DNA of 64,000 nucleotides from Klebsormidium nitens (Eukaryota; Plantae; Klebsormidiophyceae). The stretch covers positions 1 to 64,000 of the forward strand of contig DF237246.1 of NCBI GenBank assembly GCA_000708835.1, given 5' to 3'. The position numbers were made by a program, and so were the translations under genes. The notes under the pieces were generated by a model. The model saw nothing but the letters and a program-made list of their open reading frames with translations. It had not been told where the DNA came from and did no database searches. Positions within the stretch are counted from its first letter, which is position 1, and each line of letters begins with the position of its first letter. Positions 9,437 to 20,400 of this stretch are shown here, one piece after another.

Positions 9437-12400
9437 ATGAACTTGTCGTCTTCCGCAGGCGCTTGGCAAGTGAGCTCAACAACCTCAGGTTGTCAGCTGT
9501 CCAGCAAATGTGACCCCTATACCTCTGGAAGAAGAGTGCTAAAGTCGTGCTTAGGTTTTTCTCCTACAACGCAAGTTCTTTGCCTCATTTTCACCACATA
9601 CCCAGCTCCGCATTTTTGAAGACTGCCAGCGCTGCAGCTGATTCGTGAAAGGACGCTCCAGCAGCATTCCGGAAACAAGCATCAGGGGCATCGCAAAAGA
9701 GCAACCCGGAGAGTATGATGGGGACCCCTCCTCAGGATGAGGTATGTCATAAGGTTTTGCAGCATTGTGGCTTGACAGCACAGTATTGCAGCCGCTATTT
9801 GGGGCAAAGAGCTTGCATCCGCAAGTCCTCTTGAGGTGTCCCCGTTGTTGAGAATGTGCTGACTTATCCTGTCGGCGGCGACTTATGTGTCATCATGAGG
9901 TGCGATTCAGATCCTGGGTTTGGTGATAATGGAAAGGCCTGAAGGCCTGAGGCTTTCAGGCCTGCCTTTATCCTACTTAGATCTCTTCATGGATCTCTTC
10001 AGGGAGTGGCAATAAAAAGCTCTGTCTGTGTGCAATGCTGGACTCTGCTGGCACGATGCGCAGCTGATTATTCTGGGAATAAGAAAGTTAACCGCTCTAT
10101 GCTGTTGAGTCCAGAACAAAGAGCCATCAGCACAATCTTGCATACCTGAACCCTCCCCTGTGGGGCATTACTGTCCAAATGCAGGGCCTTACCTTCCCTT
10201 CAGAACACTCTCACTTTTCTTTGGTCTCCACAGGGATCCCCCTGAAACACCGTGGGCAAAAAGTGCCCTCAAAGATGCATATTCAGGTCACCCCTTACCT
10301 CACCTTGTTTTTCCGTCCCCCTCCGCTGCCCTCAACTCCTTATGATTAGCACATCTTTGACCTCCTCCTCGAACATTTTCAACACCCCAATGTAGAACCA
10401 TAGGACCTGCAGCTGATTATTGTCTTCTGGCTACAGGGCCAATAGTTTCCATCTCATAGAAGCCGCGCAGCCTGGCGACACTCTTCTGCTACAGCCCAGA
10501 GCGTTCAACGAGCATAAGTGCAGACTAGCTCTAGCTTATCAACTTCGTACTCACTTCTTACAGGGGCGGAATGGGGCTCCCCTGAGGGCGGTGGTCGTTG
10601 GCGGCGGACCTGCGGGATGCGTGACGGCGTTCTTTCTGGCCAAGAGGGGCTTCCAGGTCGAAGTGTTTGAACGCCGAGCAGGGATCGCTCGGCCGCAGGA
10701 GACAGCAGGTACTTCCTCTTTCTTGGCAACTGCAAGGGATGTACAGGAGGGCTTCAATCAATACCCCCAGCCGGATTTAGAAGCCTGTTTGTGAACTGGC
10801 CAGAAGTGGGCATATTCAGTCTGCAGACCTGCTGCCTACGAGAAGATCGTCAGCCTGTAGGGCTATGAAAGCGGGCAGATTCTGTACTAAGAGCACGCTT
10901 CAACCAAGCTGTTGGTCAAATGGCATCTTAGTGACCAAGTTGGCTACTGATTTCCATAATGGCAGATGTGGCGCTTATATGCATTTGGACCTTCTGGATT
11001 TGATTCTAAATCGAAGGAAGCGGGACTCAAAATCTAAGAATCATGTGGTTGCTTTTCCTGTCGCAAAAGCAACCATTCTTTTCAAACTCAATCCCTCTTC
11101 CGCAACTTGAGAGCCAGCTAGCCTTTGTTGCGGTTGTGCAGATTTGACAAAGGAGGAGGTTCGGGCGACCGTCTTCGATCGCAGCGAGACGCGCTCGTAT
11201 GCCATGATGCTGACCAAGCGCGCGTTCGTTGCTCTCGACGCGGCGGGCGTCGAGCTCCCTCATTGGATCGGGCAGCGCATCCGAGGTAGCCGACGAAACC
11301 TCAAGACTGGAAAGGTCGTACAAAACGAGTATGGAGCAACAACGGACAACCGGACTGTTGCGCGGCAAACACTGACGGCGTGGCTACTGCACCACTTGCA
11401 GGATAGGTGAGCGAGGTTTTCACCGGAGTACGCGCTTGTAAAGGGATTGACTCAGCTGATAATCTGGTTGCATTGAAAAGCACGGCTGTCTTGTCACTGG
11501 GTGAGGCCGAATTTAGCGGCCCCTGATCAGATAAGGAGGGCATTTAGTCATGCGACAAGTTGCCTCAACCTTTGATTTAGTATTGAGGCGCTGAGTCAAT
11601 CTCATGGGTGCCTTTCTTTGCTTATACAGAGAAACAACCCTGCAAGCTCGCCTTATCAATGCCAGTTCTCCTCGCCAGATATATGACTTTTCTGACCTGT
11701 GAATGCTCAGATAAGGTCTAGGCATCCAAAGAGGAGAAGTCCTCTCATCTGCCTGAAATTCGTGTCATCATCAAGAAAAGCCGGTTTAAAGCTAAACCCT
11801 GCTCACGACCTTCAGTCAGGATCGTGGCACATGGAACTGGGCTGCCAGCTGGCAACACGTAAGCTGACGGTTCCCAGCCTGTACGTCTTCGAATGCTGAC
11901 TGCCGGAGCCTTCTTAGAGACGTAAACATTCGGATCACGCTAAGATGGCCTCCTCTGCGTTCCCGTGCAGCTTTCCTGACAAAGCGCGGATCCACTTGGG
12001 ATACGGGTTCGTGGGGTTTAAGGAGGGTGGCCGGGTTGCCCTCTTTGAGAAGGTCCGGACCACTTCAGACGCTGGAAACGGGGTTGATGCGGACGTCCGG
12101 GAAGGCACCGAGCTGCTGGAGGCGCCGTTCGATCTGCTGGTTGGTGCGGACGGCGTCAGCAGCAGTGTCCGCACGCATCTGCTGAAAAAAGAGGAGGCGG
12201 AGGGCACACCCGCAGGAGAATGGTACGAAGCGCGAATTCTTGCTTTGTAAACCTCCTGTTTCTGCTGCGGTACTGAACCATTGTGTTGGGTCTGCTTGGT
12301 GCAACCTGTTCTTATCGGTCCCTTATGTCTCGTCTGCTTCGTACCTTCTGAAAGGACTGAATTTTCTCCGTTCGCCACTCTCTCCTTCTCTTCACTGATA

Positions 12401-15400
12401 CCCTTGGTCTTTTTAGTACTCCTGACTCCTAACGTGCAATTGGTTGCATCAACCCCTCTTCAGCCTGCTTCTACTTCTTTGTTCTTCCGCCTCGTAGAAG
12501 AGGCAAAGGCGACACTTCTCGCTGTGCAACATGTTTCGTTTGTAGTTCACCTGCTTGGGTTTTCGGGTAACCGAAATTGCTCGCGATCAAAGAAGACTGC
12601 AAGCTCGGTTCAAGAATGCAATCAAACAGAGCTTTGCTTTTGCAAGGCCTTTTCCGAAAGCTCAAGCGTCCAGCGCCTTAAGCCCCGAAGCTCAACGCTG
12701 CAAGGCAAAGAGCCACTGATCCCCAGAAGTCCTTGTCCACGAATTAAGAGATAATCAGAGTTGAATAACGAAGAGAAGAGAAGAGTTTGGCAGCACGAAG
12801 TTGCGAAAGATCCTCAACCTGCGCTCTTCTGCTCTGCAGCGAGCTCACCTGCTCTCAAACCATGTCCCTAACCCTGTACAAAACTCTGGTGATTCCCCCC
12901 TCGGTGGCGTTGCGGCACGGCTTCGAGGGGCCCACTCGCGAGTACCTGAACGTGTGGCAGAGTGGCATCATGATGGTTCCCATGGGTACGTGTCAAAGCC
13001 TGCTTAAATTCCTTTAACCTGTTTGGAGCTCTCGAAATGTCTGCAAAGTTACGAGTTTTGGCCTCTGGGATTGGAGGTCCAGTGGCCGTCACCGTACTAC
13101 GTCGTAAGGTGGGATGAGATTTTTATAGTGCCACTTCCTGACACCGTCCCGCAACTGCGGCTGAGTGCTAAGCGATCTACACTGTTTGCAATAACAGTCT
13201 TTGGATACCTGTTGAAGAGCTTGTTCGTGATAATAGGGATTTCATACTTCCATTTTCGCCCTGCTATTGTCCTATTCGGTAGGCACAGTCTGAACCTTCT
13301 GTGCTCAATGTAAGGAGCTTCCCTAACTACTTCTTTATGGAGCCAGCGGTGTCGACCGTTCGCTTCGGTGTTCTCATGCTCGCTTAGCGACTGCTGTTTT
13401 AGAGTTGATTCCAAAGTTTTCAGGCAGCTCGATGCTTCTCATAGGAGACAATGGGCTCGGGAAAGAAGATTAATGACGTCATTGTCCGTTCAGGTGACGG
13501 CAGCCTGTGGGGCGGGTCGATGGCTCCGCGGCTCGTGGGCGCCACGTCGCCTGAGACGGTGACGTCAGCTTTGAGGTCAGCGGCGGCATCTCCAGCTTGA
13601 TATATCGGTTTGACTTTGATACGCACTGCTTAATCCCTACTTTGACAATCTCTTATTTCCTTGAAATAAAGACAACGCTCGATTCCCCGCTCCTTTTCTC
13701 CTCTCGTTCATGTTTCCTCTCCTTTCCGGTCCCAGACCTATATCTAGCGTCCCTCTTCTTTCCTCCTCGGTGCCCCGGACATCCTATGGAGTCCCGCGCT
13801 TCGTTGAGCTGAGGTACTCTCTTTGATTACTCTAAATATTAATACTCATGGTTGTCCTCCCCCCCCGACACCATCTTACTCACCTTACTGCGTTCATGCT
13901 TTTCGAGATAAACTACATCAGTTCCTAGCTAACGTAGTTCTGTACGTTTCTTTCCGGCAGCAAGGAGGCCCCGACCCTGCTGCCCCTCCTCCAGGACACC
14001 AACCCGGACTTCGCGCAGCAGTTTGTGGAGCAGCCGGCGATTCCCCAGGGGACGACTACCGTGCTCTCGAGATTCCACTCAGGGCACGTCGTGCTGGTCG
14101 GGGACGCCGCGCACAGCATGGTGAGACCGACTGGGGGAGTGCCGCCGGTTGGAATATCCGCACTTTTTTATATTTCTGACAAAGGACTTACAGCTGAGAA
14201 AAGGGAAGGTCGAATCCGAAGAGAGGATGGGCAGTGTTCTGGATTGGGCGTGACGGTGGAGGCCAGCCCGCAACGGCGGATACACTCTGCAAGGTCCGGC
14301 ACTTTGCGAGACTGTGATCACACTACGTCCCTTGAATAAGCCACGATTTTGAGACCTGCAAGAGTAGGTCTGTATTGGGCGGACGTATCATCCCGCTCAC
14401 CCGCTCGCAGGTATCGTTCTTCAAGAAGGCCATTCAAAGAGTATCTTATGATTCCGTTGCGGTCGTACGTACACTTGAACGGACGTTTTCAAGCCGACTT
14501 GCTAATTCCTGGTTCACCTTCTCAGTCCGCCTTTCCGCCTGCGGCTTTGAACGCTCTGGGCCATTCATGAGAGGGTTTTCGAGAAGGATGATCCGCGCCT
14601 GCGAAGCTCTAGACCGTCTGAATTACCTCCTCCTTTCCTCCTTGCAGGTTCCCGAGCTGGGCCAGGGCTGCAACACGGCTATCGAGGACTGTTTAGTGCT
14701 GAACGAGTCTCTGGATGCGCTTGGCGTACGAGGTGTGGACACGTGTCTTGCATTTAAGTCGCTGAGAATCTGGAACTGGAAACCAGAGTTTCAAAACTTC
14801 CGAACTATATATTTTTAGACTTCATCTTTCGCTCGAGCACGTGCGGGTTGAACATCGATTGATCTCTGTTCGCTAACTCAACGATTGCAATTCATGACGT
14901 TGCTAAAGGCTCATAAGCGAAACGTCGTCGCAATGACCGCAAAGATGACTGTACGTCCCCTTTTTGAGGGCCGTACAGTCGCTCTGGAAGGTTGTGCAAG
15001 AACTTCGTCAGGAGAGCATGAATGCTTCTCAAGCTTTTCTGGCTTCGTAACTCGTTGCAAAATAGAATTATTCATTGTTGGTTGCAGGCGATGCGAGCCC
15101 TGGGGCCATTCCAAAGGCGCTAAAAGAGTTCACTGCGCGCCGCCTGCCAGACGCGCGCGCAATCCAGGCCCTGAACGCCAAGCGCTTCTTTCCGCGCACC
15201 TTTCTGGAGCGAATCAAGTTCGTGGGCATCATTATGCTGTCCAAGTTGGCGCCCCCCCTAATCGGCACGTAAGTTCCTTTCAGCGACTACGGGCTCCGCT
15301 TATGTCTGAGATTGTTCAAGGCCAGTTCCTTTCTCGGCTTTTTACTGGATTGAAGGCACTCTTTCTTTAGTATCTCTAGCAAAGCGGCGGGTCAATCAAC

Positions 15401-15707
15401 CCCGCTCGTTATTCGGCCCACATGGACATGACCCCTTATCCACTGACAGCTTGCAATTGTTTGCGTCAGCTCTACAGGTTAGGCGACATTATTCGCTGTT
15501 GTCAGCTTACTAAAGCATTCTTCTTTTGGTTCTTATGTATGCAGGCCTTCCTTCTTCATGCTTTTCACGACGACTCCCTTCCGACGCATCCTCGCCCAAA
15601 AGGAGCGGGAGGACCGAACGTGGATGGCATTGCAGGCCTCGGTTGTGGCCGCCGGTTTGGGCATTGCCACGTATGCTTGCAGCACGTGGTTGCCGGCTTG
15701 GAAGTGA
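9437..15707 (+). CDS. FAD-dependent monooxygenase (FAD_binding_3), kynurenine 3-monooxygenase-like, about 503 aa with a C-terminal hydrophobic tail
   Basis: Exons 9437-9469 (tentative), 10564-10708, 11142-11406, 11971-12222, 12840-12985, 13494-13575, 13961-14120, 14648-14732, 15088-15268, 15545-15707. All are GT-AG and phase-consistent (1512 nt). Motifs: AVVVGGGPAGCVTAFFLAKRGFQVEVFERR (Rossmann fold), DLLVGADGVSSSVR (DG motif), VLVGDAAHSMVPELGQGCNTAIED (GD motif). Confidence 0.88.
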
Positions 15708-16412
15708 CACCTACTAAATTCAGATATTGCGCGCGCGGTGCAATAAGCTGCGCTTGATTGATTGCTCTGTCATGCTTCGCATATATCGCCAAACGCACCC
15801 TATAATCGTAACAAGTTCGAAAGTAAGGCGTTCCCCCGCAGAACACCTAAGGGTTTGATATAGACTTTTTGTGTGCTTAGCCTGTCAGATAAACCTGCGT
15901 TTGATCGAGATGGAGCAAGTAGTCGCTCGACAAGCTTTAAACTCGTGGTATAGATGTGGATAACAGGCCGATAGAATCTGATTGTATATAGCTAAGTGTA
16001 CAATTGCGGTGAAGGGCCCATGTGGCATGCGCACTACCCGCGTTCGATGTTATCGATCCAATCCGACATGTGCAAGAGTTGCATGCCTGCTTCAGTTAAT
16101 GACGTGCCAGGTCCATATTTCATGGTATATATTTTACAGTTGCCTTACTACGGTTGCATATGAACAATGATTAGCGCCGGCTTAAGGCAGCTGAGATGGT
16201 CGCGCCGGCGAAGTGGATTTAACATGCACATGGAAATCGCTTTTAGGATGCAATTAATATCTGGCACTCAGCTATCGATCGGACGAGCTTGCAAGAACTA
16301 ACTTAAATTTTAGAGCTAGCTCAACCTATCAACAATTCCACCGCAATATTTCCACAAATCTTTAAGAACGCATTGATCGCAACTGGTTAAGCATGAAGGG
16401 AGCTTATGCTAG

Positions 16413-16445
16413 TATAAAAAGGACTGATATTTGCCCATCATTTCC
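16413..16445 (+). promoter_or_regulatory. Candidate TATA box (TATAAAAAG) with an Inr-like CCATCATTT about 25 nt downstream
   Basis: Motif and spacing only; it precedes splice-like signals that lead toward the VPS13 ATG exon. Confidence 0.3.
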
Positions 16446-17104
16446 CCCGACGGCGAAATCTCTACCATGAGCCATCATTCGAATGATCCGACGGCGTATT
16501 ATCAAGGTACGGAAGTCCTTTCCTCGTCCTTTTGGCGTTCAATCTAGCTTGGACACGGTGTCTGATATGCGACGCCGGCCCTTGCATGGCCTTTTCGTCT
16601 TGCAAACTTGAAAAGCGGTTGAATTGTCTCCCTGTCTGTTTACAGCTTCATTTTATGTCAGATGGCTTCTATATTCGCAAGAAGACCGCGTTCACGCTGA
16701 CCTCGCGCTCGGTCGGCCCCCCATCTCTTCTTGATGTAGTGACTTGGACACGTCGCTGTATGAATCAGATCCATCCATACTCCATTTCGTCAACCGTAAG
16801 CACGTTTTCCGAAGCAGCTAGGTGTATCCTTCTCTCCTTCCACTCGTATGGTTCTCGTATGCAAGAGAAGAGCTGGTGGCAGAAGTTAGTACTGACAAAC
16901 CATAACCAACATAACGAACCCCGGGATGCGTCTGCTTATCCGACGGTCAAGAAGTTTTCTGAGGGTTTATGGACGGTTTCGGATCTTCACGTGGTTGACG
17001 CCGTGGTAGGTCGCCAAGTGGCAGGAATCTACAGGCGGCTGCCCTAAAGAGATTCCCCTGCCTGCATAATCTGCATAAGTTCAATGCCCCTGTGCAGGAG
17101 AAAG

Positions 17105-17131
17105 CAGGAGACAGGAGACAGGAGACAGGAG
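17105..17131. repeat. 7-bp microsatellite (caggaga) x about 4 in the putative VPS13 5' leader
   Basis: caggagacaggagacaggagacaggag seen directly. Confidence 0.9.
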
Positions 17132-17410
17132 GGTGTGAGTCTCAAAGCTGTTCATCAAGAAGCTGCCCCAACCAGCAAACAGACATGGACTTTGATGCTG
17201 GCATTGCACTGCACGGTCGGTGAAGATTGCATGCAAGCAGGAAAAAGACAATGTAACTGCATCAACAAGAAAGCAAGCTTGTCTTTGGACGTGCTCAGAT
17301 GTGTGGCAAATGGAGCTGAAAAACTACCACTACCTTTTTCCAGATAAAAGCTTCAATCTTCGATGATCACCCACGTTTGAAAGTAGAGAGCGAACAAAGG
17401 CGACGGCAAA

Positions 17411-20400
17411 ATGGTGTTTGAAGCGCAGCTTGTTAGCGTGCTGCAGAGGTGGGTACATCTCTTCTCATGGGCGTTCACAACCCACGGTGCTGCTGAAAGA
17501 AAAGAACTGAACGATGCTCAAATTGATCAGTTGTACTTCGACACGAATTGTAAGCCTGGGCCAATGCAAACGCTGAAGGTTGCCAGATGAAACCGTTGGG
17601 AAGCTTGGCAAGTGTTAGTGTACATTAAACACAATCTCGTTGGTTGTTCATACACATGTGCTGGGCCCTCAATGAACCTGATGTTTGTAGAGTGTGCAGA
17701 TCCTAGCTGTTCTTGGGGTTCCATTCTGTGCCGGGCCTGTGCAACGAGTGCCATCTTGGTGCTGACTATCTTGAAGGATAATGCTGAACACCTGCTGTGG
17801 ATGCACCACCCTCTTGCGATTGCTGTCGAGCACTGGGGTGATTCTGGAGATGCGAAAGAATTCCGATTGAGTTTCTTTTAATCATCTAGACTGCCATAAG
17901 GCCTTCCATGTCAGGAGGTTTCGGTACGCAGGCGATGCTGTCTTGAAATGTTCACATTGTCCTGCTCGAAAGTTGTCATTGAGGTGGTTAGGATTGTGTT
18001 TTCTAACATCAAATGTGGAGCAACTTGCAGATCTGATTCTCCATTTATTGTCGCGTATAAGCGGCAATTGCTGTGGTGCTGATTTATTGTTAGAAGTCCC
18101 GCCTCTTCTATCACTGTTGTAGCCCTTACTACTGGCCGCTCTATGTCCAAGCACCTCGTCTCGGCATTCCTTCAAGACACGAGTCCTCACCTCTGCTTGT
18201 TCACAATCTTTATGCGTCCATTTCTCCTTGTTCTGGAGCCACCACGGAAACAAGTACAGCTTTGTTGAGATCAGATGCTATGCTTTTCACCGCAGGTACT
18301 TGGGCACTTATGTCCATGGCCTCAGCAGGGAGGCGCTGTCCGTCAGTGTGTGGAAGGGTGATGTTGAGCTGCGGAATCTCAAAGTAAGCCCCCCCAAGTG
18401 TTCAAAAAGTGACCGATTGCCTTCATGTTTGATGACTCAACACCCAGCCAGACGGGATGCTTGACGAAAGGTTGAGTAGGAGTTGAAGGGGCTGCGCCAA
18501 GCAGCATTAGGAACAATAATTGATCTATTTGCATGCATGATGTTGTTTCTGCAAGCAGAAAATGAAAATCCTTTTGTAAGTTATGGAAGCTGTTGAAAGC
18601 TTGAACAAAATATTGTAGAAAGCGCCTTTTTGACGGGTTTAGCATTACAGAAGTACGTCCAAGATAGTCTGCAAGTCGAAGCCGGGCTGTGAAGCAGGTG
18701 CTCAAACTATGTGCTTGCTGGAACCAAATGGCCGAGGAGAATGGAAGTAGAACTTTTGGCTGGTATCAATCCAATTGAGCTAAGGAGCAGCAGCTTTCAC
18801 GAATTTATGATGATGGCTTGACTTTTCACCTGGATGGAGGAGTGGCCAATTAGGAGGCCACTTCGCAAGCAGGCGCTCTGCTTGGAGCGGTCAGCTGTCA
18901 GATTCCATAAAGAGCGCCACTGGCGATGCTCATTCAGATTTCAGATGATCACAAACTCTGTAGTGGCAGGCGTCGCCTCCCTGGCTCCAACCCCAACACT
19001 ACTGCCAAAGCTAGGCATCGATGTTTTGTTGCCCTGAAACCGCGATCGTACCCTGATCCTGGGTTACCAAACCACTCCTCTTGACGCGCTTTCCCTCTTT
19101 CAGCTCCGAGCGGAGGCGCTGAACGCCCTCGACCTGCCCATCAGCGTAAAGGCGGGCTTCCTTGGCAGCATCACCCTGAAAGTTCCCTGGAATCGCTTGG
19201 GACAGGAGCCCGTGATCGTGCTGCTGGATCGCATCTTCCTCATAGCAGAGCCGTACACAGGTGGGCAGAGCATAGCTGAGCCTCTCCTCGTTGTGAACGT
19301 CCTTTATGCACCCAGACACGTGCGTTAAAGCGCTCCTTCGTTCCTTGACTCGAGGGGTTGTGAAATTCCCATGGTCACCCTTGATCGGGCCTCCTTTGGC
19401 ATACTGAGTTGCTCTTCATCCTATGGCTGTAGCTCACTGCGCCAACGGGACCGGCGATCGTTTTGCCTTCCTGCGTGTTTCGTGGCTTGTTGACCGTCCA
19501 AAGTCAGGTCAATCAGAAGCCATGCAATTTGATGTACAATCGCCTAGGAGAGAAATACATGAAATCGAAGCTAAGGGATTGCAAACCAATGATGATCCAC
19601 GGTTTCAGGTTGACTTAAGCCGCCACACGATGGAACCGGGAAGGACGCACCAAATCAGGACCTCGAAGACAAACTCACCGAGTCGCTGTCACACCCCGCC
19701 TAATCTCCAAGGTTAACCGCAGTCGTCCCGAGAGCATGACCTATCTCAACCTGGCTATATCGTGGTTTGAAGTCGATACAGCTGAGCGAAACGTAAGCAA
19801 ATCGCCAAAACAGAAGTATCGTGTTGACGCAGGCGCGGAACGTGCTCGGGTGGATCCGGACGAGGAGGACGTTCCAGCGGTGTTTGAGTCGAAGCGGCGG
19901 AGGATTGAGGAGGCGGAACTGCAGTACGTCAAGAAGAAGGGCAAGGCGACCGCAGAGGCGGTGAGTGGGGGTGGTCGGTCGCCCCGTAGCTTGTTGTTCA
20001 GAGGCCTCTTGACGATTCCTAAGATTCTATTAGAAGGACAGAAAGCCGATGTAAGGCAGAAGCAGGGCGAGGACGCCAACAATCAGCCCGACAGACTGGG
20101 CTTCTCCGAGACACGACTTGGTGATAGGAGTTTCTTTTCGATGCAAAAGTCTATGCTGCAAATCTGTAGGTGCAGTCGAATCCGATCATGCAGATCACTG
20201 ACGTCGACAGCCCGCAATCGGACAGTCCTTTCCAGGGACACGTTTGGACCCTATAGTTTTAGCTCTTTTGTATGCGCGAGCTTCTCTTCACAATCACATG
20301 GTACATTTCGTGCAGGTTCTGGAAGGGACCCTTTGTCGAAGGACTGAGTTTTGCTCCGCGAGGTTGACGAACCTCCCAGTCAGTTCTCGACGTTTCAATG

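Noticed and set aside
10060-10421. 13-bp direct repeat gcagctgattatt flanking about 340 nt (possible target-site duplication)
   Set aside because: There are no TIRs, poly(A) tail or coding remnant, and one such local 13-mer pair in 64 kb is plausible by chance.
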